From assembly GCA_040768905.1 (NCBI GenBank), contig JAXGMA010000001.1, positions 1,451,196 through 1,515,195 of the forward strand: a stretch of 64,000 nucleotides of DNA, in the 5' to 3' direction. Source of the DNA: Christensenellales bacterium. Its GTDB lineage: Bacteria; Bacillota; Clostridia; Christensenellales; SZUA-584. The translations under genes were made by a program, and so were the position numbers. Numbering within the stretch: the first letter of the stretch is position 1; each line of letters begins with the position of its first letter. Positions 20,678 to 30,799 of the stretch are shown piece by piece. Under the pieces are notes generated by a model. The model had not been told where the DNA came from. It saw nothing but the letters and a program-made list of their open reading frames with translations, and searched no databases.

Positions 20678-20706
20678 ATACTAATATATTAGTTGAGCGT
20701 TGTCAA
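20678..20706 (-). promoter_or_regulatory. Promoter with perfect palindrome ACTAATATATTAGT (20680-20693)
   Basis: Minus strand TTGACA-17bp-TAGTAT; operator begins 7 bp after the -35. Confidence 0.7.
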
Positions 20707-20717
20707 GTGCTTTGATG

Positions 20718-22229
20718 TTATGCATCTTTGATCAATTTATCATATAAAATCTTGAACTTTTTGTGCAAATCAGCGTAAACCAAATGGTCGTCTTTATTGG
20801 GTGCTATGATTGTTTTTGGCGTATTGCCTGGCAACATGTCATCATAGCCTTTAACCTGTTTGACTGCCACCATCGCCGCAAACGCGGCTCCGTACACCGA
20901 CGCTTCACTGACAGCCGCCACACTTATATCAGTTTTAAAGATATCTGCCTGTATTTGCAGCCACACCTTTGAGTTGGCATAGCCGCCGCTGGCAACCACT
21001 CTGCTTACTGGCCCATTGAGCCTTTCGATGGCTTCATACACAGCGTAAATGCTAAAGATCACGCCTTCCATCGCAGCCCTTAAAAGATGTCTTTTGTCAT
21101 GCCAAAGCGTGAGGCCGCATATATGGCCTTTTGCCTCTTCGTGCCAGCCAGGGGAACGTTCGCCCGACAGATACGGCAGAAACAAAAGGCCGTCACTTCC
21201 AGGCGAAACCTCGGATGCATAATGGTCGAACAACGCGTATTCATTTGAAAACCCAAGCCGCTTGGCTTCATGCGAAAACTCAGCCGGGTATTGATCCCTC
21301 AGCCACTTGAGCACTATGCCGCCGTTATTGACGGCTCCGCCCGCCACCCATTGACGCCTTGTAAAGCAGTAACACCATGTTTTTCCTTCCTCATCAAATA
21401 CAGGCTTGTCGACAGCGATCCTTAAAGCGCCGCTTGTCCCGATCGTGCAAGACATAGTTTTGTTGTCAACACCGCCGCAGCCCAAGTTCGCCAATATGCC
21501 ATCGCCTGAGCCTGCCACAAAAGGTGTGCCTTCCAAAATGCCCATCGCGTTGGCATATGTGTTGTTTAGACCTCTTAGTATATAGTCACAGTCTACCGGC
21601 TCTCCGAGCTTGTCTTTTTTGATTTTCAGCACGTCTGTTAATATTTCGCCGTCCCATTCAAATGTATGGATGTTAAAGCAGGCCGTCGTCGATGCGTCCG
21701 TGATATCGATCACATACTCACCGAACAGCTTAAAAAGGATATACTCTTTAATGGAAACGATCTTATTTGTTTTCTTGAAAAGCTGTGGCTGATTTTTCTG
21801 AAACCAGAGTATCTTGCTGATGTGGTAGATGGGGTGTTGGAATCGGCAGCCCGTTTTTTTGTAAAAATAATGGCAGTCGTATTGACGTTCTATGAACTTT
21901 GATTCTGCCGCAGACCTTTTATCCGCCCAGGGGAGCAGGTTTGTCAATGGCTTGCCGTCATTGTCTACGAGCATAAAGCTGTGCATCTGTGCGCTTAAGC
22001 CCACAGCCTGGATTGAAGAGGCCTGAATATTCCCTTTTTGCACACAGCCTTTGATCACGTCAATAAAAGACTCAAAAATGACATGGGGTGATAGCTCAGC
22101 GACGCCCCCTTCTTTCCGTATCATATCGTATTCTTTATAATCGAACGCGACCTGCATGCCCGACACATCAAACAAGGCGGCCCTTACGCCGGTTGTTCCA
22201 ATGTCAACACCCATATACACTCGTTTCAC
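20718..22229 (-). CDS. FGGY-family carbohydrate kinase, gluconokinase-like
   Basis: GVDIGTTG, AQMHS, WADKR, SIKEY, GDGILANLG, GTSGALR, PYLSGERSPGW. Confidence 0.88.
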   Translation of the reverse strand: MKRVYMGVDIGTTGVRAALFDVSGMQVAFDYKEYDMIRKEGGVAELSPHVIFESFIDVIKGCVQKGNIQASSIQAVGLSAQMHSFMLVDNDGKPLTNLLPWADKRSAAESKFIERQYDCHYFYKKTGCRFQHPIYHISKILWFQKNQPQLFKKTNKIVSIKEYILFKLFGEYVIDITDASTTACFNIHTFEWDGEILTDVLKIKKDKLGEPVDCDYILRGLNNTYANAMGILEGTPFVAGSGDGILANLGCGGVDNKTMSCTIGTSGALRIAVDKPVFDEEGKTWCYCFTRRQWVAGGAVNNGGIVLKWLRDQYPAEFSHEAKRLGFSNEYALFDHYASEVSPGSDGLLFLPYLSGERSPGWHEEAKGHICGLTLWHDKRHLLRAAMEGVIFSIYAVYEAIERLNGPVSRVVASGGYANSKVWLQIQADIFKTDISVAAVSEASVYGAAFAAMVAVKQVKGYDDMLPGNTPKTIIAPNKDDHLVYADLHKKFKILYDKLIKDA

Positions 22230-22599
22230 AAAATACTCCTTGCATGCTTTTTAGCATTGCTGCGCGACGCGCCGTCGGCCACATCCAGCATCATAAAGCC
22301 CAATGCCTCACGCCGCACTTACAGTTTACTATTTGCATCACCAATAGACAATCCATATATCAAAAATGCAGTAAAAGCTCTTATTCACTTTTTAGCAAAA
22401 ATTTTATGGGCAAATGATATAAACGCCCTGCTGCCGCAACAACAGAGCGTTTCTCGATGTCATCCGGTCCGAACCTGCCCTAATGGTCACATCTGACGCG
22501 CAGTCTTTTTGGCCAGTGAAGCCATCCGCACGCCTTGTTTTTCAAAGGGCCATGATCGCTGCGTTTCGGCTAAGTTTTGCGTCCCGATGCGTTGCAAAA

Positions 22600-23859
22600 C
22601 TAGAGTATCTCGGAGACATTGTCCCAAATTTTTTGCACTGCTTCTGCCACTTGCTCCATATCGCTGTCCGTACCCAGCAGCAGCTTGTGGTGCGCACACA
22701 CAGAAGTGTTTTTGTATGCACGTTCAGCTTCTTTGAGCTTAAACCGCTTGGGATCGATCTGCTTTGTATACTCTTCGCTCAGCTGATGGCGTTTTTTTGT
22801 CAATGGGCTGTAGATTTCGCAGTCGTTGAGCGGTTGGTAACAGGCTGTAAACGGATAATCGAGCTCAGCGGACAACGCACGGCGGAACGTATCGATGTGA
22901 AGCCCTTTAAAAAGATCTTCATCATACCGAAAAGCAATATTGAAATATGACTGCCTGTCAGTGCCTTCCTGCCTCCTCATGGGTTTCAGCAGCCCTTGTT
23001 CATTGATCAGCTTATTAAGATGCAGTGCGTTTCTTTCCCGCAATTCCACCTGCGGCTCAAATTTTTCGAGCTGGCCCAAAAGCACGGCAGCCTGGAATTC
23101 TGTGATTCGGTAGTTTCCGGACTGAATAAAATTCCCCACGATCGCATAGTTGCCTGTATGGCCTTCCTGTGTTTCTTTGACAGGCCGTCTGCCGCAGTTG
23201 CGCAGCGCATCAAGCTTCTCGGCAATATCATCATCGTTGGTGGTGATCACGCCGCCTTCTCCGCAGGTGAACACCTTGGAATTCTGCAGCGAAAAGCTTG
23301 CAACGTGAGTCAGGTTTCCGATTTTTTTGCCTTTGAAGACAGAACCATGCTGATGGGCGGCATCTTCGATCACGTACAACCCATGGCGATCTGCGATCTG
23401 TAAAATGGCATCCATGTCGCATATCGTTCCGTAAAGATGGACGACAATGATCGCTTTTGTCCGCGTAGTGATTGCAGCTTCGATCTGCTTTGGATCAATG
23501 CACCAGGAGTCTTCTTCAACGTCTACAAAAACAGGCACCGCATTGACATCGATGACACACGCGGCCGTGGCCTGCCATGTCAGCCCCGGAACAATGACTT
23601 CATCGCCAAACCCGATATTTAGTGCCTCGAGGCACAACTGCAAAGACACCGTGCCGTTTGCAACGGGTATGGCATGTTTTGTACCGATATAATCAGCCCA
23701 CAAGCCTCTGAACTGCGTTTCCAGCTTGCCATTGTAGGACCATTTGCCCTCCCACAGTATGCTGTCGAGCAGTGCTGATTCTCTTGCGTCAGCAACAGGC
23801 CAGAGGGGCCATTTCGTTTTGCGGATCGGCGCTCCGCCGTTCATTGCTAGCTTTTTCAT
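22600..23859 (-). CDS. DegT/DnrJ/EryC1/StrS aminotransferase, aminocyclitol/aminosugar (StsC/BtrR/RifK)-like
   Basis: LAMNGG..R...WP.WP N-terminus, NGTVSL, EDAAHQHG, FSLQNSKVFTCGEGG, NYRITEFQAA. Confidence 0.85.
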   Translation of the reverse strand: MKKLAMNGGAPIRKTKWPLWPVADARESALLDSILWEGKWSYNGKLETQFRGLWADYIGTKHAIPVANGTVSLQLCLEALNIGFGDEVIVPGLTWQATAACVIDVNAVPVFVDVEEDSWCIDPKQIEAAITTRTKAIIVVHLYGTICDMDAILQIADRHGLYVIEDAAHQHGSVFKGKKIGNLTHVASFSLQNSKVFTCGEGGVITTNDDDIAEKLDALRNCGRRPVKETQEGHTGNYAIVGNFIQSGNYRITEFQAAVLLGQLEKFEPQVELRERNALHLNKLINEQGLLKPMRRQEGTDRQSYFNIAFRYDEDLFKGLHIDTFRRALSAELDYPFTACYQPLNDCEIYSPLTKKRHQLSEEYTKQIDPKRFKLKEAERAYKNTSVCAHHKLLLGTDSDMEQVAEAVQKIWDNVSEIL

Positions 23860-23972
23860 GTACACATCTCCTTATTTTTCTGGCGTCTTTTTATCCGTTA
23901 CGGTTTATTCCCCTGTCCTCCTTTCTGTGCTGATTGGACTGCGCCTTTTCTAGGCCGTTTTTATTCGTCTTT

Positions 23973-25109
23973 TCAAACTTTGACCCATTGTTTTGAAACG
24001 CTGCTTTTGTATGAGGCGTCAACGACCCTTTGCATATAAAGTCCGTCTTCGAATGTCGGATAGATGCCTTCCTGGTGTTTGCCTTCCAGAACGGCTGCAT
24101 AGATCAGCTTCATCAAGTTTTTCCATGTTTCCGCATAACCTTCCTGAAGCCCGCCTGCAAAATCGCACAGCTTTGCTGAGCCCGGCTCAAGCAGGTTGAA
24201 GTCTTTCATCAGGCAATGGTTGGCCGTGTCGCGTTCGCCTATCCACAGCGCATCTGCCCTTTCCGCGTTCCATGCGATGCTTTTCTCGGAACCATGTATT
24301 TCAAAACACAGCTTGTTTTTACGGCCTGCACAGGTCTGCCCCCCGACAAAGACTCCTTTTGCGCCGTTTTCAAATTCCAGGAGCAGCGTGGCCTGATCTT
24401 CGGTATCGACCTTGATCTCTTCGCACTCCTGATTTTCATTTTTTTGATAGGATTCTATCCTGCCGACCGGTTTCTTGCGTACAGGTACAAACGTATTGAA
24501 GTCCGCATAGAGACTGATAATCTTCTGCCCTGTGATTCCCTGAAGTATATAAAGGCAATGGCTACCGATATCGCCGATCACCCTTGAGAGGCCGCTGTAC
24601 ACAGCTTCAACACGCCAGTTATAATCACTGTCATAAAAAAGCCAGTCCTGGAAATAGAAACCCTGAATAAAGTTGATTCTTCCGAGTTTGTTGCTTTTTA
24701 TAAGATGCCTTGCCTGGCTGACAAGAGGGTAATAAAATGTGTTAAATGTAATGGCATTGATGAGCTTTGTTTCCTTTGCCATAGCTGCCATTGACTGCGC
24801 TTCTTTTATATCCAGAGACAACGGCTTGTCACAAACCACATTGATCCCTTTTTCCATCGCCTTTTTTGCAATGGGGTAATGCAGGTTGTTGGGTGCACAT
24901 ATATGAATCACATCTATCCCCGCTTTGTCAATCATGTCATTCCAGCCATCATAGTATTCCTGCACATCATATTGCGCTGCTCTTTTTTTTGCAGTGTCCA
25001 TATCGCTCTCTGCGATACATGTTTCTATATATCCCAGCCTTCTTAAGCTTTCAAGATGGATCGGCCCTACAAAACCCATTCCCACAATGCCTGCTTTTAA
25101 TCTTTTCAT
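23973..25109 (-). CDS. Gfo/Idh/MocA family oxidoreductase
   Basis: GMGFVG, HICAPNNLH, CDKPL, DIGSH, YNWR. Confidence 0.9.
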   Translation of the reverse strand: MKRLKAGIVGMGFVGPIHLESLRRLGYIETCIAESDMDTAKKRAAQYDVQEYYDGWNDMIDKAGIDVIHICAPNNLHYPIAKKAMEKGINVVCDKPLSLDIKEAQSMAAMAKETKLINAITFNTFYYPLVSQARHLIKSNKLGRINFIQGFYFQDWLFYDSDYNWRVEAVYSGLSRVIGDIGSHCLYILQGITGQKIISLYADFNTFVPVRKKPVGRIESYQKNENQECEEIKVDTEDQATLLLEFENGAKGVFVGGQTCAGRKNKLCFEIHGSEKSIAWNAERADALWIGERDTANHCLMKDFNLLEPGSAKLCDFAGGLQEGYAETWKNLMKLIYAAVLEGKHQEGIYPTFEDGLYMQRVVDASYKSSVSKQWVKV

Positions 25110-25275
25110 TTTTTATATGCTCCTTTTTCTTTTCCGCTTTATTCATAAAATGCCCGCCCCAGCTCGTTTTTTCCTTACATGGAACGAAAAAAGTACGAAT
25201 TTTGTCGGGGAAGTTGATTTAATTGCCGCTTTATTTCTTTTTGCATGAAGTCTGTTAAGATGAGTTTTGCATCTT

Positions 25276-25432
25276 CTAAACTGCTTTAGTTTATTATATT
25301 CTTGGTTCTATGGCTTGTCAATTAAATTTTTGATCACAATAATTTTTTTCTCATGGCATCGATTGTTTTAAAATGACTTGCCAAATGATCAACAATGAAA
25401 TAAAATATTGAATATAAACTAAATTGGTTTAG
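25276..25432. promoter_or_regulatory. Divergent promoters each followed by a LacI-type operator (ctaaactgctttag 25276-25289; ctaaattggtttag 25419-25432)
   Basis: Minus TTGACA-17-TATAAT and plus TTGCCA-17-TAAAAT, each with an imperfect CTAAA-N4-TTTAG palindrome just downstream. Confidence 0.6.
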
Positions 25433-25443
25433 CGGGTACTGAC

Positions 25444-26460
25444 ATGGATTTTTTAACGATCAAGGATATTGCTAAGATGGCCGGCGTGTCGCCAACTGCC
25501 GTATCTTTCGTTTTAAACAACAAAGAGGGCGTCAGCGAGAAAACAAGAAAAAAGATCAAAGAGATCATCAGCCAAACCGGTTTTTCGCCGAATATCCACA
25601 CCAGAAGGCTGAACCTAAAAAAAAGCTTTAACATTAATCTGGCCATCAAGCAGAATCAGGGCACATTGAGCAATGTGTTTTTTATGGAAATATTGCTTGG
25701 AATATTATCCGAAAGCAGGAATTATGATTACAATATCGTTTTATCAGATATATCAGACCTGAACCGTGAAAAACGCTTGCTTTATAATATCAGAAATAAC
25801 GACTCTGACGGCATCATTTTTATTCAGGACCCAAGCGATTACCTGATCACACAAGTTAAGGAAACCCGTTTGCCGTTTCTGATCGTTGACACACAAAACC
25901 CAAATTCGCCGTATACCACGGTAAGGCTCGATTACTCAAAGGCGGCAAGGACCTCTGTGGATTATTTGATCGCAAAAGGGCATAAAAAAATCGCTTTTAT
26001 TGGGATGGAATCGCATCCTCGCTTTTATATCAACACATTCAACGGATACAAAGAAGCCATCGAAGCGGCTTCGCTTTCATTTATGCCCGATTGGATACAG
26101 CCAAGCGCTTATGATGAGGCTTCATCTTATGCATGTATGCACAGAATCCTAAGGTCAAAAAATCTTCCGACTGCGGTTTTCAGCTCCAGTGATGTTTTTG
26201 CATACAGTTCTATAAAATGTGCCAAAGACAACGGCTTTCATGTTCCTGAAGATATTTCATTCTTTGGCATGGACGATGTGTACCTTTCAAGACACATGCA
26301 GCCTGCGCTTTCGACGCTGCGTATTGATACAAGCGAGATGAGCAAATCCGCGATGACCTTGATCGATAAAATGATCAGCGGCAAACCTTCGCAGAGCGTT
26401 GTTTTGTCTTCAACAACGATCGTTGAAAGAGATTCGGTAAAAAATATTTTCGCTTCGTAA
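25444..26460 (+). CDS. LacI-family transcriptional regulator
   Basis: TIKDIAKMAGVSPTAVSFVLN HTH; VPEDIS.GMDD; C-terminal VERDS. Confidence 0.95.
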   Translation: MDFLTIKDIAKMAGVSPTAVSFVLNNKEGVSEKTRKKIKEIISQTGFSPNIHTRRLNLKKSFNINLAIKQNQGTLSNVFFMEILLGILSESRNYDYNIVLSDISDLNREKRLLYNIRNNDSDGIIFIQDPSDYLITQVKETRLPFLIVDTQNPNSPYTTVRLDYSKAARTSVDYLIAKGHKKIAFIGMESHPRFYINTFNGYKEAIEAASLSFMPDWIQPSAYDEASSYACMHRILRSKNLPTAVFSSSDVFAYSSIKCAKDNGFHVPEDISFFGMDDVYLSRHMQPALSTLRIDTSEMSKSAMTLIDKMISGKPSQSVVLSSTTIVERDSVKNIFAS

Positions 26461-26474
26461 ACATAAAAAATGCA

Positions 26475-27236
26475 TCACATATTGTCTTTGAGCATGTCTC
26501 CGACAGTTTTGTAAACCGCATGAGCTTCACTGATTATTTTGCTGTCTGCACTCTCTATCACAAAACCTTCGAAATTTTGGATCACAGGTATGTCATTCTC
26601 TCCGTCGCCAATGAAGATGAGCCCGGAAGACGGCCATCCTTTTATCTCAAGCAAGTCAAGTATTCCGGTCGATTTGTTGACCCCGCGTTTATTGATGTCT
26701 AAAAACAGGCCATTCAGATTCAAACAAAGCTTATCATCAAATGCTATGCGCAGAGCATCGGTACACCTATTATATACATCCTCTGCTGCGTAAGCCAAAG
26801 ATATCTGCAGCAGATCTTTTTGCAGCAATGATTCCTCAAAAGTGATTCGGTTGCATGTATTATCAAATTTTACAAAAAAAGATTCGGCGCTGCGGATAAA
26901 TAGCTTGTTTATGCCGCTTGAACAAAGCAGATAATGCATGCTTTCAAGAGCAGAGGGATGCGTCAAAACTTCTTTTATCAAATCATCCGGTATGCTGCTG
27001 CTCCGCAGCAGCCTTTGCTTCTCATCGTAGAGGCTTGCCCCGTTTGTACAAATCAAAAAGTCAAATGGTATGCACCATTTGTGAATTTGAGACAGTATGA
27101 GGTTCAAATCTCTTCCGGTTGCGATACCAAACACGTTCCCGCCTTTTCGCCACTCCGAAACCGCTAAGATATCTTCCGTGCTCACGATGCCGTTTCTATA
27201 TAAAGTCCCGTCAAAATCACTTACAGCAACACGCAT
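26475..27236 (-). CDS. HAD-IIB (Cof-like) phosphatase
   Basis: SDFDGTL, ATGR, NGA, VNK, GDGEND; start trimmed to MRVAVS. Confidence 0.88.
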   Translation of the reverse strand: MRVAVSDFDGTLYRNGIVSTEDILAVSEWRKGGNVFGIATGRDLNLILSQIHKWCIPFDFLICTNGASLYDEKQRLLRSSSIPDDLIKEVLTHPSALESMHYLLCSSGINKLFIRSAESFFVKFDNTCNRITFEESLLQKDLLQISLAYAAEDVYNRCTDALRIAFDDKLCLNLNGLFLDINKRGVNKSTGILDLLEIKGWPSSGLIFIGDGENDIPVIQNFEGFVIESADSKIISEAHAVYKTVGDMLKDNM

Positions 27237-27261
27237 AGTTCCCCTTTTTATGTCCGGTCTT

Positions 27262-28626
27262 TTATGAATCAAACTTCGGGACAGCGACCCCGCTTTCTTT
27301 TAATGCCCTGATCTTATCGGCAAACTGCGGCAGATGCTGTTCATGCGCGACCAGCAATTCATCTAAAACTCGCTTTGTCTCAAAGCCGCCCCGTATCAAG
27401 GGATTCAACGTAAAAGCCTCCAGGGCCATGCCGTAATCGCCGCTTATCGCCGCTTCAATGGTGCACTCTTCCATGGCCTTCATGAGCTGAAGCCAGCCTT
27501 TTTCGGCCGGACGCATCTTGCCCCATGCCAGAGGATCCGCCCCGCGGCTTGACAGGATGCAGGATACTTCAACGATCGAATCAGTATCAAGACATGGAAC
27601 CGCTCCTTTATTCTGCGTGCTGACTACCATATGTATTTTTTTATCATTGTATATAGCGTCGATGCATTCACAGGCGGTGTCGCTGTAATATGCGCCGCCG
27701 CGTTTCTCAAGCTCCTTCGGTTTCGTGTATAGCTTCGGGTCTTTGTAAATTTCAAACAAAGCCTTCTCGACTTCGTACATTTTCTCAGCACGCGTAGCGT
27801 TTTCCCGCAATTCCTCAAGGCTGTGCTCCAGCATTTCTTTTTCCATATAATAATACCGGTGATACCCGCAGGGGAGCAACTGCATAGAATGCAGCAGCTC
27901 CATAGAAAAAGGAGCCGCGTATATATTGACAGGCGTCCCGCCGTTTTCATCATTGATGTATTCTATCAAACGGCCTGTCAAATCTGTGCCGTCTTTGTCA
28001 GTGACTTTATGCCAATGAAAATGATTGAGCCCGACAAACCTGTACTGAAGATCCGAAAGTTTCTTGCCCAGCAGGGCGGGTTCTCTCATCATGGCAATCG
28101 TGGGCACGTTACAAAGCCCCACGCATCTGGACCATCCAAAGTGTTTTATCGCCGCTTCCGTGATCATTCCGCTGGGGTTTGTAAAGTTTATGAGCCATGC
28201 ATCCGGGCACAGCGCTTTCATATCACGGATGAGCTCGTGTATAACCGGTATCGTTCGCAGCGCTTTTAAGATTCCGCCAGCGCCGTTGGTCTCCTGCCCC
28301 AGCATACCGTGCATCAAAGGTATGCGCTCATCTATGATTCTTGCTTTCAATTGCCCGACACGGAATTGGGTGATCACAAAATCCGCATCGCGCAGTGCAT
28401 CTTTTCTGTCAGTTGACGCTTGTACCAACACTTTATATGGCGTTGCATCCCACATGCGCTGTGCGAGCGATCTGATGATCTCCACACGTTCTCTTGCTTC
28501 TTCGATATCAGTCAGCCAGATTTCCGATACCGGCAGCTTTTCATATCTGCTGATAAGCCCCTCGATAAGTTCAGGAGTATAACTGCTCCCTCCTCCGATA
28601 GCTACTATTTTTATTTTCTTTTTCAT
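27262..28626 (-). CDS. GH4 6-phospho-beta-glucosidase
   Basis: IGGGSSYTPEL, QFRVG, GQETNGAGG, NFTNPSG, GLCNVP, GLNHFHW, RGGAYYS. Confidence 0.92.
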   Translation of the reverse strand: MKKKIKIVAIGGGSSYTPELIEGLISRYEKLPVSEIWLTDIEEARERVEIIRSLAQRMWDATPYKVLVQASTDRKDALRDADFVITQFRVGQLKARIIDERIPLMHGMLGQETNGAGGILKALRTIPVIHELIRDMKALCPDAWLINFTNPSGMITEAAIKHFGWSRCVGLCNVPTIAMMREPALLGKKLSDLQYRFVGLNHFHWHKVTDKDGTDLTGRLIEYINDENGGTPVNIYAAPFSMELLHSMQLLPCGYHRYYYMEKEMLEHSLEELRENATRAEKMYEVEKALFEIYKDPKLYTKPKELEKRGGAYYSDTACECIDAIYNDKKIHMVVSTQNKGAVPCLDTDSIVEVSCILSSRGADPLAWGKMRPAEKGWLQLMKAMEECTIEAAISGDYGMALEAFTLNPLIRGGFETKRVLDELLVAHEQHLPQFADKIRALKESGVAVPKFDS

Positions 28627-28738
28627 TGCGTTCTCCTTACCGTTAACCTTGCCGGCTTGGGCTTTTTAAGCGTAGTGATCAAAGATACAGGCTGACCTAT
28701 TGCCGTTGCGTCCATCGAGCTTTTATAAACATGCCCGC

Positions 28739-28780
28739 AAAGATGCCGAGCACAAACCAATGCTTTTGCTCGGCATCTTT
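28739..28780 (-). terminator. Stem-loop after the ABC operon
   Basis: aaagatgccgagca...tgctcggcatcttt. Confidence 0.65.
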
Positions 28781-28847
28781 GACTGAGATGGGCTCAGACA
28801 GTAATATTAATCACTGTTGCGTAATTTTAGTATCCTTTAAAAACTTA

Positions 28848-29813
28848 TTATACTGCCTCTAGCTTACGCTTCACCTCAAAGTTGTCAAGCCAAAGGATCA
28901 ACACGATCACGATGCCCCGGATGAGCAACTGCACATACCCTCCGACATGCAGCATGTTCATCACATTCTGCAAAACGACAAGAGAGAGCAGGCCGATAAA
29001 GGTCTGCGGAATACCGCCCATGCCTCCCGTCAACGATGTACCGCCGATAACCGCACCGCAGTGGATGAGCAAAGGCACCGCATCACCATAAACTGGAGAA
29101 CCGGCATTAAGCCGCGACGAGAGCATGACACCGCCCAGGGCCGCCGTCACACCGCTGATCATAAAAGCTATCCACTTTGTTTTTCTTGCATTGATACCGG
29201 CATATACAGCCACTTCATAGTCTCCGCCTACCGCATAACAATTTCTCCCGAACTGCGTGTAACGCAATACACAGTACATGAACACCAGCACCACGACCAT
29301 CGCGATCGAAAGATAAGTAATCGAACCAAAAAGCTTGGAGTTGGAGATCATCATATAATCAGGATTCTTGGCAGAAACGGGAACAGCATTGGTCAGCTGC
29401 AGACAAATGCCCTTAAGAACCATGCCCATACCTAAGGTGATAACGAAAGGCTCGGTTCTTTGATGAACCACCAGGAAACCGTTTACAAAACCCACAATCA
29501 AACCAAATACAAGCGAACACAATATAGCAAGCGGGATCGGCAAGTAATCCAATAACATGATCGTCATGATGCTGGAAAGGCTCAATACACCGCCAACCGA
29601 CAGATCGCAGCCTGCACAAATAATGACAACTGTCACGCCGGCCGCGATGATAAGATTGACGGAAGCGGAGTTAAATATGTCCAACAAGTTGTAAGCCGAA
29701 TAAAACTTTGTGTCAGGAAACAGCATCAAGATCAACATGGCCACAATGGCCAAAAAGGCTTTCTGCTTTGATGCCAGCTTAATAAGGCTTTTGCCTAAAT
29801 CTCTGCTTCTCAT
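28848..29813 (-). CDS. Sugar ABC transporter permease
   Basis: DLSVG, FGRNCYAVGGD, VIGGTSLTGG. Confidence 0.9.
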   Translation of the reverse strand: MRSRDLGKSLIKLASKQKAFLAIVAMLILMLFPDTKFYSAYNLLDIFNSASVNLIIAAGVTVVIICAGCDLSVGGVLSLSSIMTIMLLDYLPIPLAILCSLVFGLIVGFVNGFLVVHQRTEPFVITLGMGMVLKGICLQLTNAVPVSAKNPDYMMISNSKLFGSITYLSIAMVVVLVFMYCVLRYTQFGRNCYAVGGDYEVAVYAGINARKTKWIAFMISGVTAALGGVMLSSRLNAGSPVYGDAVPLLIHCGAVIGGTSLTGGMGGIPQTFIGLLSLVVLQNVMNMLHVGGYVQLLIRGIVIVLILWLDNFEVKRKLEAV

Positions 29814-30799
29814 GCGTATGCCCCCTTTAGTTCCTTGCGGTTGTCAAGCCAGATCGCCGTAATAAAGACTGCACCGCTCAATATCGACTGGATATGCGTA
29901 CCAACGCCCAAAAGGTTCATGCAGTTGGATAACAGCGTCACCAGCAAAACGCCCAGCAAAGTCCTGATCACGCCCCCGTTGCCGCCTTTCATGGTGGTAC
30001 CGCCAATAACGACCGCAAGGATTGCGTTTAACTCAAAACCTAAACCGATGATCGGCGAAACGTGAGTGATTCGAGAAAACTGCACGATCCCGCCCAACGC
30101 CGCCATAAGGCCTGATATCGTAAAGATCAACATGACGGTGGTTTTTACAGGTATCCCTGCTAAGCGTGCCGCAGTCTTGTTGCCGCCTGACAGCATGATC
30201 GAGCGCCCTCTGTAAGTTTTAGATAGAAAAATGTGCAGCAGCACAAGGCACACCAGAAAAATGATGATGGGAACCGGGAAAATACTGACTGTTCCCGACC
30301 CGATCGTATTAAAAATAGATATGTCAGTCTCAATCCAGCGCATTTGCTGTGTAGACCCTCCGGATATGATCAGTGCCATAGCGCTGTAAACTGTACTCAT
30401 ACCGAAAGTAATAAACAATGCGTCATACATTGACATAGCGCCCGCGCTGATAACCAACGAGCTGTTGATAAAGCCTAAAAGTGCGCCAAGAGCCAGCCCG
30501 ATAAGAAGCGCAGGGACCTGCCCTAGCGGCTGTATCAGAGATATCGTCGTGACGGCAACAATGTTGATAATGCCGGCGACGGAAAGATCGAGAAACCCAG
30601 ATACGATCGCAAAAGTCATGCCCAGGGCGACAAAGCTCAATGCTCCAAGCTGCCCCATGATATTGGTTATGTTTTGGGTTGATAAAAATTTTGGCTCCAC
30701 GATGATCGTGACCACGACAAGCGCAATGATCGCAACCATGATCATATACTCTTTGAGGAATTTTGTTACCTTCGTAAAAACATTGCTAAGCGTGCTCAT
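29810..30799 (-). CDS. Sugar ABC transporter permease
   Basis: DLSVA, GGNKTAARLAGI, ELNAILAVVIGGT. Confidence 0.9.
   Translation of the reverse strand: MSTLSNVFTKVTKFLKEYMIMVAIIALVVVTIIVEPKFLSTQNITNIMGQLGALSFVALGMTFAIVSGFLDLSVAGIINIVAVTTISLIQPLGQVPALLIGLALGALLGFINSSLVISAGAMSMYDALFITFGMSTVYSAMALIISGGSTQQMRWIETDISIFNTIGSGTVSIFPVPIIIFLVCLVLLHIFLSKTYRGRSIMLSGGNKTAARLAGIPVKTTVMLIFTISGLMAALGGIVQFSRITHVSPIIGLGFELNAILAVVIGGTTMKGGNGGVIRTLLGVLLVTLLSNCMNLLGVGTHIQSILSGAVFITAIWLDNRKELKGAYA

Noticed and set aside
22230..22599. 370-bp gap with short ORFs between the aminotransferase and kinase
   Set aside because: No convincing RBS, motif or RNA structure.
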